Of a DNA stretch of 64,000 nt, positions 11,605-22,758 are shown piece after piece (positions within the stretch are counted from its first letter, which is position 1; the number at the start of each line of letters is the position of its first letter). The DNA is taken from positions 1,550,001 through 1,614,000 of the forward strand of contig OZ287083.1 in the NCBI GenBank assembly GCA_965645245.1, given 5' to 3'. The DNA is from Massalongia carnosa. Its lineage: Eukaryota. Made by a program: the position numbers and the translations under genes. The notes below the pieces were generated by a model. It saw only the letters and a program-made list of their open reading frames with translations, had not been told where the DNA came from and did not search any database.

Positions 11605-13148
11605 ATAGAAGCTCCCGGTTTTGTGTGGTGGGCGTGGCTGGGGAGAAGAGGAGTTTTGGGGGGTAAGGGGGGTTTTTTTGGGGTACTTGAAGGTATACAT
11701 AAACACCTAATGTTAACTTTTTTTTGGGAGGCTGGGAGGGTATTATTCGTGCCCCACACTTTCGCTCGGTCGACTCGCTTAGAAAGTGTGGGCCACGAAT
11801 AGCTCATTTACATAAATAAGTACATGTACATACAGAGTAGTCGGCGTTGCACTGCGCTACCGTCAACAAATATCGAATATGTACCTTAATAAGAAGAATC
11901 TTAGTTTGTTTGGAAGCTTTTTTCTTCAGATTGATCGTAACGTTATGTACATATGCAAGTTGTACTTGTTGTGCCTATCATGTGTTTATCGTACAAACAG
12001 ACAGTCGACAGCGATGAGCTAGGAGTATCCCAATATTGTATGTATTGTACTCTACAGTTTCGTTTGTTATTTCATCTCCTACTTCTTCTGTTATCGTTCC
12101 TGTTATTTCCGAGACACCTGCAGCAATATATTGAAATGAGGAGAAATGTCGTCGGCAAAGGAGAGGGTAGTTAATGTTCATGATATCCATCTTGATACAG
12201 AATACCTTTGTGAGTGCATGGTCCAAGTGCTTCGTGATAAGGCAGTTGTCAGTCATAGTTATCAGGCCTCTGTCAATCCTCGACTGAAAAGGAAATGTAT
12301 ACTTTTCTTTCAGTTAACGTTTCGATGATTGCATTCCTACTTTGATAACCAGATTCAAAATCCTGCACATCGGCGACGAACCTTTGATTTTGCAGGAAAT
12401 GCGAACTCGATGAGGTTAGAAGAGGATTCGGGTTTGCTGAAAGTTTTCTGAATTGATCTAAAGATTCATTATCAACATGTTGGAAGCTTGCATATCGTGC
12501 CTGTTCATCAGCGTCACGAGCAAGCGACGATATGCCCAAATCAATGGTCTAAGGCAAATTCAAAATTTCTGAGATTCCGAGTTTCGTCTGTAGAGGCAAT
12601 TATTTCAACCTCGCATAGGCGATCTTTTGTCCTGGTGCCTGAACCGAACGTCACATGATATCGCGAATTAGCCAATTCCTTCACGCGCGCTCTCGCTCCG
12701 AGCTCACATTGGCGATCTTTCCCCTAAAAGTGCAAATCGTGCGTGCTTGCTGCCTTTCATGACCCCTTGCTTCTCGTTGGCACAATGAACCAGGTCAAAG
12801 GTGATTAGGCAGCGAGGTAGCAAGTAGACTGCAAGAACGATCTAATTGGGTTGCCTCTTGCTGTCAAGGTGACTCCTTGGATCAAAATGTCGATCGTTCA
12901 AGCGAGAATACCATCGGCGTGAGGTGAAGTTAGAAAGGGAGGCGAATGGTATCAGGCACCAATGAGTCATATCGAGATGGTGTGATGGAAGTAGGCAGAA
13001 GCGCCATGTGATACCCCAAACGATACCACAGCTTGCTCCTCTCCCGCCAACAGATATAAACCCCTTCATCGCCGGCTCTTTCATCAACACGAACCTCATC
13101 TCCATAGCTAGCCAGCAAAAGCAGCAAAAGCAGCAAAAGTTCACCGAA

Positions 13149-13701
13149 ATGTCGAATACCGGTAACATCCTCGGTGGCCATAAGGCTAACCTCAGCAATC
13201 CAAGTAAAACAGCCCCCCTCACAATCTCCCCAAGACTCTTACAGACATGAACTAAACGATCCAGACACCTCTGAAGAGTCCAAGGAGCATTCCAAGCAGG
13301 TACTCGATGACGCAACAGGAGAGACAAGAGACAAAGATCCCAAATATGTCGAAGCCGGACTCAAGGGGTAAGGTCCTTCAAAGCCTGGCCTTCCGATTAG
13401 ACAAGTCTTAGATCTACAACATTACTCTAACGAAGCAAATAGGGCTCTCAAGAATGCTAATGTTTCCGACGAGGCCAAGGCCGATATTAAGGAACGTCTC
13501 AAAGACGTTGGCCAGCCGGAGGAGAAAGACCCCGCGCACGTAGCGGCTGGCTTGAAAGCGTAAGTCTCGTGTTGCCGGTTGGGTTCTGAGGAAAACGCTA
13601 GGTGATTTTCTGACCTTGACCATAGGGCCATCAAGAATGCGAATGTGTCCGAAGAAGCCAAGGAGACCGCGGCGGATCGCCTTGGTGAGATAGAACAGTA
13701 A
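13149..13701 (+). CDS. con-6: Conidiation protein CON-6 family hydrophilin, three repeats, 116 aa
   Basis: Exons 13149-13203, 13265-13367, 13443-13559, 13626-13701 give GNILGGHKANLSNPNTSEESKEHSKQVL..AGLKGALKNANVSDEAK..AGLKAAIKNANVSEEAK. Confidence 0.88.
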
Positions 13702-14380
13702 ACGGGTGTGGATAACGGTGTGGGAATCGAGAAGGGCGGATTCGTATGGTTGTGAGGTGTCATGTCGGTTGGACTATTTCAACAATAGCCCATCGATAAC
13801 ATTCGTTCTTGTCGAAAATCTAAAGGATAAATTTAACCATTACGCTATCACGTACTCTTCCACGTGAGCCAAGCAAACAAGTGATTCCCAAACAAAACGA
13901 GTTTACCTTGAATACGGACGTAATGACAACACCGACCCCTAACTTATGAGAGGTGACGTTGGGCCTTTGTCAAAATTCAGGAAGTGTGACGCTTTAACTT
14001 GAAAAAGAAACACAATCTAGCTATTGTGAATTAGCACTCCTCTTCACACGACTAGGCTCCTATAACGGCTAGCTAGTCCCACTCAGCTAATTGGGATTAT
14101 ATAAGCGCTGTCAAGTTCTGATAGATGAGTGTAGACTGAGATCTGCGTGGAGGACTTGCTAGTAGCAAATAGACGAGAAGACAGTTTCAATCCATCACAG
14201 CTAAATATTTGATCAAAATCTCAAGATATTATAGTCGTCTTCCCGCATGGAACGCTGCGTGACTGGTCCACAACGGCATTGTAGCGTCTGGTTCATGTAC
14301 GAAAAACCCAATCACTAGAGTTGCTTTGCTGAACGCTGGCAGTCTGAACATATTTTTTCTGGATACAAGATCACTATTTG

Positions 14381-15971
14381 TCCCCTATTCTGTATCTGTT
14401 CTACAACGCGGACCTATTAGAGATATGCCAGAGACCCGGCACGAACACGAGTGCGCTGGGATTCGTAGACGACGTAAACGTGTTGGCATACGGTAAAAGC
14501 ACGGAAGAAAATTGCAGAACTCTTGAAAGAATTCACAGGAAATGCGAATTGTGGGCGACACGGCATGGCTCCGTATTTGCACCGGATAAATATGAACTCA
14601 TTCATTTGTCAAGAAATCCAAAGAAATTCAACATGACGGCCACTATTCAAATTGAAACCAATCTGATTGAACCAAAAACGGACATAAGAGTACTGGGCCT
14701 ACAAATCGACACAAAACTAAAATGGGGAGCTCATATACGGAAGACGCAGGAAAAGATGACGTCGCAGTCGCTAGCGCTCACAAAAATCTCGGCATCCACC
14801 TGGGGAGCATCCTTCGCAAAGGCCCGGCAGGTCTACACCTCCGTCGTCCGCCCGGCAATGACATACGGAAGCGCCGTGTGGCACACGCCCAAGGAAATCA
14901 AGAAAAACAAGGCCACGATGTCCAAACTCAGTGTCATGCAGAACAAATGCCTACGCACTGTGGCAGGAGCGTTTAAAGCAACACCCGTCGAGGTTCTCGA
15001 AGCGGAAACCTTCATCGCCCCTATGGAGCTACACTTGGATCATCTGCAGATGAAAGCAAGATACCGCCTACGGGCCTCAGGGCAAGCGAAACTGATCACC
15101 ACTGCCTGCAGCACAATAGCGAACAAGCTACGAGGCAAGGCAGGACGCAAAAGAATACAACGCCCCACCCTAGGAGATTTAAAACACGAATGGGCCAGCA
15201 AGATGCTAAACAACGAAGCCCCAGCCGCAATACCGCCGCCGCCCCGACCCTGGTCAGGACCCGACCCTGTCCGTCTCGAGAAATACATCACGGCACGCCG
15301 AATTATCGGAAAGCACGCAAAGACCATTACAGTACGAATCAAGGAGCGTTGGGAGACCAGGTGGAAGGCGTATCAGGACCGCGTTCCCTACCCAACAGAG
15401 GCACAGCTCGGACCACTCAACAGAACTAGATTGAAGATTCATGACAACTTGATGAAGGCGGAAAGCGCGCTAACCACGCAAATCCGCACTGAGAAAATAG
15501 GTTTGGCAAACTTCCTGTTCAATCGTCGGGTTCCGGGAGCTATGACTCCAGCTTGCTCGTGTGGCTGGCAGAAACAGACTGCCAAACACATCATATTACA
15601 CTGCAGACTAATCGAAGGCAGATATGAGCTGCTCAGACAATTGGGCACCCACGACTACCGGACGATTACGCGTTCGTCGAAAATGCTGAAAAAGCTAACT
15701 GCATGGATAATAAAAGCAAACTTGTTAACACAGTTCTCACTAGCATCGCAAATGTTATACGAGATATAACTTCTCATTTTCGTCAAGGATTCTAAAGAAA
15801 AACGATCACAGAGAGCAGCCTGTTGCCAGCGAGGCTCCGGAGGTAGTGCGTAGTCTACGGGGTTTTTATTCCCAAGAAGGGTTTTCCTTGTATGATAAAC
15901 ATAGACAGCCCGCATGGGCCGGCCTTCGGCCGGTGTCATATCGGAATAAGAATAAATCAATCAATCAATCA
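14381..15971 (+). mobile_element. 5'-truncated non-LTR retrotransposon (Tad-like LINE)
   Basis: 11-bp TSD ATCACTATTTG (14370-14380 and 15972-15982); (ATCA)n 3' tail. Uninterrupted ORF to 15769 with RT motifs LSPILYLFYNADL, FVDD, LGL..D.KL.W and a C-terminal CSC..Q..KH..HC zinc finger. Confidence 0.93.
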
Positions 15972-16199
15972 ATCACTATTTGGCTTTAATAAGTATGTAG
16001 CTCTTAGATCTTGCTACTCATTGGAATCCTCTTAGCTTCCTCATTCAGCACGAAGCCGATATAGACGGACTACTCCCACATCGCCTAAGGCCTTGATCAA
16101 GATTTTATTGCGGAATTTTGGCTTCACGAAAAAGCCGCAATAATACCTAGAAGAGTTTCTCCTACTAACCCCAAATCCAAGGTTAATCCTTCGATGTTT

Positions 16200-16790
16200 C
16201 AAAGAGACTAGGATCGCTTCTAAATGATACTCTAGGGCGGCTTGCTTTTGTGAGGGCGGTCGTCATATAATTCTAAACAATTTACATTGCCAACGAGTCT
16301 AGTTTGTGGTGGGGAGAGTGATCGTAGCTCTGTTAGAAAGGCGCGCAATTGCGGACGAAGGCATGTCCTTTCCCCTTTAAAATGGAGAACCATATTATTC
16401 TGATGTAACTCCTCTGATCCTCTCTATCAAAATGTAAGTGATGCATTTCTTCTGAAAGGCACAAATACCTTCGATATTGAGATAGACTGTGATGTGTTAT
16501 GTTCTGGCTATAGAGAAACAGATCCTTCGCCATGATACCAATCTGCCACTATTGGGTATAGATGTCACTGTGGGCCTGAGCGCCCAAAAAGCAAAGCCCG
16601 TTGGGACCAATGCGCACCACATTACCGTATTTCTTGTACGAAGTATAGCGGAAATAAAGCCCTGATCTGAAGGCCACGGAACTGGTATGAGCTAAGCGTC
16701 AGACCGGTTGCCGCAAAGGACCGGGAAACTTCAATACCCTGTGGAACCAGATATTGCGTAAGACACCGAACACAATAAGCAGCGGGAGCG
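16200..16790 (-). pseudogene. Degenerate cytochrome P450 N-terminal remnant
   Basis: Manual translation RNIWFHRVLKFPGPL..*..KKYGNVVRIGPNGLCFLGAQAHSDIY matches the fungal CYP FPGP and KYG.VVRIGPN..F..DIY motifs. Stops and frameshifts present; no heme motif found; boundaries approximate. Confidence 0.6.
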
Positions 16791-18616
16791 CCTAGAATGT
16801 TTTTAAAGGTTCAATATCACACTTCAATACTCTGGACTGTTTGGGCTTACCAGAAAGCCTAGCTGCGCGATGGGAAACATATCGAACAGTCTTGGTGGTT
16901 TGATACCAGTTTGCACGTTGGGATGAGGAGCAGCGTTGGACTGATGAAGTGAGAGAAGGTGGGGAGACCATTTCTAGCTAGCCACAAGCATGTGGATCTG
17001 AGAAATCGATCATGTTATTCCCACCATCGTGATGGAGGGCGATGCCATATCTCCGTACTAGGGCTGTGCGATTGGATGAAGGCGACATGCTAAGGACTCT
17101 TGTTGGGCTTTCCTCGCTCTTCATTAAAGTAAGGATTGGTTCTTTTCTGCACATTTTGCTTATTCTGATTAGAAGATGCAGGAAGGCGTATCAATGAAAA
17201 TTATCCCGTTGGACTAGATGCCCCCAAGGTTACTTCATTAGACAATCATTCTATTGAGTAATCGGCGATCGCTTCAGAAGGTACATTCTTTCATAGACGA
17301 TTTGTTATTTTCGTCTCCGCGCATGACGACCGGGTGGCAGCTCAATATTCATCTGATAACGTGATAGTTAGTGCTCAGATGGGCGAGAAAAGCAAAGACA
17401 TGCAAGTATGGTGCAATGTTTCTCCCGAAGTATCGAGGACCATGGTCGCTTCGGTGTAAAAGGTATTGGTCGCTTTCAGAAAAAGCACGATGGTTACCAT
17501 ATGAAATATTAGCATACCATCGACTGTGATTTTCTTATATACCTTAAAGCTCCATATCCTTTGGCTTGGCGATGTTGCTCTCTAAATATCTTAGTAATTT
17601 ATACCAAGAACATGTTGGTTCCGAGCCTCAAATCGTTGGAAACAAATAGTTGGCTCTCCAAAGCCGGTGAAAGAAGACCCATAGTCAAGGGGTTATTTGC
17701 AGGGAGCAATTCTTGAAGAGCGTCAAATCTCTGATAAAGCATTATACCGAACCATCTGCGAACTCTTCAAGCTTCATGTAATGATTAAGTGGCTTCTCGT
17801 TCTTCTCGAGGTGCCTTTCCTGTCCTCGACATATTTTAGGTCACTAAAAATGAACGTGCGCATCCAAGTGATCCGTTTAGGTCTCATTCGTTGATTTGTG
17901 CTATTCGAGGCTTGAACATGAAACAAAGTTTCCTTAACTAACTGTCTGGTAGTTCGTATAGTTATGCAAGAATCTCGTTATCGTCTAGCCCACCATCTCT
18001 TTACACGATTCTAGGCTGGACCTTCCTCCGGAAATTAGTCAAAGACTTAAGGTTTCATCCTACATCATACGGACGGTACGAATCGCTTGCGGTTCCGATA
18101 CTTCTTCCCGTCCTCCATCGGACTTGGGAAGCCCACGGCAAGGCCGGCAAGTCGGCACGAGAGCCCACGTGGTTTTCGGGATTTTTCATGGATGGCTGTC
18201 GTACAATCCCCCCTATAGATTTTTTAAATCTGAAACCAGATGACCGCCTCGATAACGCGTAAGTGGAGCTTGGCTCGCCGAAATGTACTCGGCTGGCCTC
18301 CTTTGCCCAGCAATTCCAAGCCCCGTGTTTCTGTGGCTTGTCGGGCGTGGTGGTTGTTTGACGGTTTAAAAAAAATATAGCCCCTTTCGCATGATGAGAT
18401 GGAGAGTCCGGAGTGTGCGCCACGCAGTTAGTTCCCTTAAGCCTGGTTATATCTAAGCCTCCGGTTTTCTTTCCTCGCTGATTTTTGATTCCATCTGCTC
18501 TTTATCTTTCAGCCTTCGCAAAAAACTATTAGAGTATCTGTTTGCGTTAGTATCATATGTCTTATTGAGCTGTGAGGCTTTGAGGGTAATCTGTATTCTG
18601 CGATATCTTCTTCCGG

Positions 18617-19269
18617 ATGCGATCAGCTCTCCTCCTCGTGATTCTTGGCATATCGGCAGCGCGTGCTTTCGTGTCCCCGTGTGAAATTGAGTACCCTGAG
18701 TACGTTTGCTGCGCCGGTGAGGAAGATACAGTCGTGGACGAAAATGTTGTTGCAATGGTGACGGATTGTACAGGTCCGTGCCTTCTGACTATTCTGATGA
18801 CGATCTAAGCCCCTACTTTTACAGGTAATCCTGGCAGGAGGATGGGGCTGTGAAAGTTCAGACTAACAGATCTATACAGTGGTGGGGACGTAGGCACAGA
18901 ATGACAACTGTGATAAATACTGCTGTATGCTTTATTTGGTACGTCTTTCTAGATACATAAGGGAGAACAGGAATGGAAATAAACAGCTCATGCAATGAGG
19001 GATGAATAGATGGACGGTTGAGCATTTATCTGAACTTGAAGCTAACACAAGCTTGGGAATAGTCTAGCGACAGGTTGGGAGCTGTCTGCAAGAAGAACAA
19101 CGCTCTGTGTCCTGCAAAGCAGAAACGAGCTGAGAAATCCGCGCTGGATGCATGGGGTTTTCTTGAGGGATTTGTAGGCGCGGGCGAGGAGGCTTCAGCA
19201 GGAGTTGAGGGGGCTCCTGCTAGAAACAGCAAGGGCTTCAACAGAGGGTGTGGAGCTGGGATTCGGTGA
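18617..19269 (+). CDS. Small secreted Cys-rich protein, hydrophobin-like spacing; possible in-frame stop
   Basis: Signal peptide; C-X8-CC-X18-C in exon 1, then C-X3-CC and C in downstream exons. Exon structure uncertain; TAG at 18891-18893 appears in frame. Confidence 0.45.
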
Positions 19270-19849
19270 TTAGCTGGCTGAAGGAGACGGGAGCCATTCT
19301 TGGGGGTATTGACTTATTGGGGCAATTCAGCAGCCAGGAGTTGGAGTTGTAAGGTGTTCGCTATTGAATATATATACTTTTTTGATTATTAGGCACCGTT
19401 GGCTGAAACTCTCACAACCAGCTAAACAGCCTTTCGAGGCATATTCTCCTCCTTGAATCTCTCAGCATGTATCCACATCTGAAGATAACAGCAAGTTCTT
19501 TCTGATTTGTGCGCAGGGAACCTATTGTTCAGGTCAACATTTAGTACTAGGTGAAGACACATTCAACGAAACAGTTGACTGCAGGCAAAGAATGCCACAA
19601 TCTTTTATAAACGCTTCTGTAGATGAGTCCTCGGCGTGAGTTACTCGGAGGTATAATTTTCCCGTACATGGATTATGACCTGTTAGCGTGTTAATTATAC
19701 TAAAATCACGTGATTGCAATTCTCCATCCGCTTTCCGTCACCCAAATCCTTCTCCTTAACCCCCCGCCTTTTCAGAAAGACCAAAGGCGTCCTTAACAAA
19801 GAAAAAAAACTTCTAAACCCGGCTGGAAGGGCTTCCCACCATATAAAGA

Positions 19850-20371
19850 ATGCCCTCCCGTCACCCATCCCTCCCCCCGCTTCGCTTCTTCTCCACCACT
19901 CCCCACCCCCCCGCCCGCTCCTCCGCCTCCCAACTCGCCCACCTCCACCGCAACATCCCCCCCTACCCGCACCCCCCCCGGCGGAACTACAAGCAAGCTA
20001 ACTTCGGCCTATACGGCACCACCACCATCCAAGCCGGCAACAACGTATCGTCCCGCAACGAGATCAAAACCCGGCGCACGTGGAAGCCCAACATCCAGCC
20101 GAAGCGGCTGTGGAGCGACGCGCTGGGCGCCTTCGTGCGCGTCAAGGTGCAAGCGCGCGTGCTGCGCACCATCGACAAGGTGGGCGGCCTGGACGAGTAT
20201 CTGCTCGGCGGCAAGAGCGCGCGGATCCGCGAACTGGGCATGGCTGGGTGGGCGCTTCGGTGGCGCATCTGGCGCACGGATAAGGTGAGGGATAGGTTGA
20301 GGGAGGAGAGGAGCCGGTTGGGGCTTCCGGAGGAGGGGCTGGGGGAAAGGAAGGGGGGATTGGTGGGATGA
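19850..20371 (+). CDS. MRPL24: Mitochondrial ribosomal protein bL28m
   Basis: YKQANFGLYG..IQ.GNNVS..KTRRTWKPNI..LWS.AL..VLRTIDKVGGLDEYLL; N-terminal presequence. Confidence 0.92.
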   Translation: MPSRHPSLPPLRFFSTTPHPPARSSASQLAHLHRNIPPYPHPPRRNYKQANFGLYGTTTIQAGNNVSSRNEIKTRRTWKPNIQPKRLWSDALGAFVRVKVQARVLRTIDKVGGLDEYLLGGKSARIRELGMAGWALRWRIWRTDKVRDRLREERSRLGLPEEGLGERKGGLVG

Positions 20372-20733
20372 GAAGGGGCTGGAGATGGAAAGTGGGGAAT
20401 ATTTTCAGGAGGAAGGAAGGCTGTAGAGGGCAAATGTAGGCCTTAAAGGGATGAACTGGCCGTTGAGGATTGGAGGCCACTTTACCGTTCTGCGCACTGT
20501 ACAGATACAGGAAGTCGGATAATTCGAGAGGACTTGCCTGGGATTTGAGAACAGGATACATCCACATCGCTGGTTGTAGGTTGAAGGGAACGCAAGCATT
20601 TGGAGTATTGATGGGAGTAGACAGCACTTCAAGAACCAAGAAAGCACTATTTTGAATCTCCGAATACATAAAGCAGAAATCCCCCCTCCCCCTCCCCCTT
20701 CCCCTTTCCCACTTACCTATCAAAAACAAGGCA

Positions 20734-22758
20734 TCAAGCTAATCGCACGCCAGCTTGGCGATTCTTCTTCGCCGTCGCACCCATCGCATTGTTCATTCCC
20801 GTTGCCTGGCTGCTATCCAGCGAACTCTGAGCCTCCCGCTTCTTGTCATCCTCGATCTTCTTCAGATGCTTCTCCGTCTTCTGCTTCCCGCTGCCCTTGC
20901 CGTGGAACTGATGGCTCAGATGCTTGAACGCTTCCTTCTGGTTCATCGACCGCCCAAACTCGTCCACATACTTGAGCTGCACGTCCGGCTTGTACTCGCG
21001 GTTGAAAATTTCTGTCATCTGCCTCGATTCGAGCTGGTCGCGCTGCTTGTTCTCCCACCGTGCGTATTCCTCGCGCTCTCGAGCTGACATCCGGTCTAGC
21101 TTTCCGCTGGCACGGTCCCGCTCCCGCTGAAGCCGGGCTTTCCGCTCGGCGTCGGCCTCACGGCTCTGTTTTTCCGCAAGGAACTTCTGGCGCTCGCGAT
21201 GGAGCGCGTTGATGTCCCCTTCATGGGTTGGTTTAATGAGGCCTCGTTCTGATAGCATGGAGAGTGTTGCCCCAATGCCTCGGTTCAGTGTAGCCTCTTC
21301 TTCTAGTCCAGTCACCGTAAGACCGGGTGGCGCTGGTGTTGAGCCTTCACGAGTTGCCCTCCCATAAGGGTCCTCAACATCGGGAGTACCATTGTACGGC
21401 ATATCCATGTCAATATCTTGGTCTTCGACATCATCTGATATGGTATCCTTCTGGGTAATAGAGCTAGACGGGTTCACTGCCTTAGACTGTGGATTCTCGG
21501 ATTCTGTAGAGCGCTGCAAATTGGCAACAAACTCCGACGTCTCATCAATGACCAGGCCCCCCTCTTCTTCATGGACATCACCATTAAAGCCCCCGGGGCC
21601 AGAGGTGGCATTTACTTCTTCACGAAGATGCCGAGCAATGTCTTCTGGTTTCATCCTTTTACGTTTTTTCAATGCCGCTTGTCTTTGCTTTGCTAGAGAA
21701 GCTTGTAGCTCATCATCATCGGCTAAGAGTGTACCCGTTGTGTCTAACGCTGGCGACACCTTAATAGGGATGGAGTCTATCTCCATAGCAACTTTGTCCA
21801 CTGGCGTTTCCGTACCTGCCTCAAATGAGAGCATATCTTGGTCATCGGCAGCTTTTTGCCTTGTCGACTTTGCTTTCTTCTTCTTAGGCTTTCGGATCTT
21901 GCTTTCTACAACTGAAGTATAGTCGGAGCTTGGGGACTCTTTCGGGACATCTAAACTTATTGGCCTCACTTTAAGCTTTTCTTCAACTACCTGCCTCAAT
22001 GCTTCACGATTTTCAGCACTGATCCCTTGCCCGTCCAGAGTGAAACGTTTCCGCTTCTTGCCGTCAATCGTCTCATCGTAGTGTTTTAATAGAGCCGATT
22101 CACCTGTTTCGTCTATTTCATTGGGATTGTATACTGGCTTCTTTTTCTTTATCTCAAGCCTTTCATTCAGCGCCTCTCGCTCCTTCATATCAAAGTTCTC
22201 CAACTCATCGCCCTCCTCTTCGTTTTGGTCAATCGTTGCATCTTTGAGGGTTAGTATCTGCTCTCCCCCTTCCTCGAAATCTTCCACCTCGTGCCCGACT
22301 TTGACGCCGGCAAGATCCTCAGCAGTGTAAGAAGGCTCGTTTTCTCTTTCCGCAAGCTCTGTTTCTAGTCTGCGTAATCGCTCCCGCTCTAGCTTCTTCT
22401 GTCGCTTTTTCTGCTGCGCAAGCCATGTCTTTGTATCCAACTCTGTGACATCGTCGGCTTCTCCGAGTCCCTTTCCCTCCAGCTTAGAGTATTTTCGAGC
22501 TGCATCCCGAGCTTTCTTAATGGTCTCGTTCTTCGCTTCTCGCTGCGCTTTAGCATCCGCTTCACTCTGCAGCTGTTTCCAGTTGTCGTACCCTTGTGCT
22601 TGCCTTGACTCTAGAGTGCTCCCCAAATCCTCCTCTGAAGAATTCCCTTCTTCCTTTGAAGCTTTGAAGGTAGGCCCTTGTCCCGGGACTGGTAGCGGTT
22701 TAAGCCCGATGGCCACTCGGATCTTATTTGTTTCTTCGATAGATATGGAATCCGCCAT
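20734..22758 (-). CDS. SNU66: U4/U6.U5 tri-snRNP protein Snu66/SART-1
   Basis: HIND motif SIEETNKIR..IGLKPL; LAGVKVGH, ILTLKD, LKYVDEFGR..KEAFKHLSHQFHGKGSGK. Confidence 0.95.
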   Translation of the reverse strand: MADSISIEETNKIRVAIGLKPLPVPGQGPTFKASKEEGNSSEEDLGSTLESRQAQGYDNWKQLQSEADAKAQREAKNETIKKARDAARKYSKLEGKGLGEADDVTELDTKTWLAQQKKRQKKLERERLRRLETELAERENEPSYTAEDLAGVKVGHEVEDFEEGGEQILTLKDATIDQNEEEGDELENFDMKEREALNERLEIKKKKPVYNPNEIDETGESALLKHYDETIDGKKRKRFTLDGQGISAENREALRQVVEEKLKVRPISLDVPKESPSSDYTSVVESKIRKPKKKKAKSTRQKAADDQDMLSFEAGTETPVDKVAMEIDSIPIKVSPALDTTGTLLADDDELQASLAKQRQAALKKRKRMKPEDIARHLREEVNATSGPGGFNGDVHEEEGGLVIDETSEFVANLQRSTESENPQSKAVNPSSSITQKDTISDDVEDQDIDMDMPYNGTPDVEDPYGRATREGSTPAPPGLTVTGLEEEATLNRGIGATLSMLSERGLIKPTHEGDINALHRERQKFLAEKQSREADAERKARLQRERDRASGKLDRMSAREREEYARWENKQRDQLESRQMTEIFNREYKPDVQLKYVDEFGRSMNQKEAFKHLSHQFHGKGSGKQKTEKHLKKIEDDKKREAQSSLDSSQATGMNNAMGATAKKNRQAGVRLA

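Larger units (their letters stand above)
6723..11616 (+). mobile_element. Complete MULE transposon with 9-bp TSD; right TIR interrupted by a piggyBac-like element
   Basis: TSD GGTTTTGTG at 6714-6722 and 11617-11625. Left TIR GGGGACTTCTAAACCTCAGACG...AGTCAGCCCC (6723 to ~6793). Right TIR split into ~9379-9440 and 11605-11616. Confidence 0.92.

Noticed and set aside
11900..12660. Short minus-strand ORFs with possible splice sites
   Set aside because: No coherent gene model or recognisable motif could be built.
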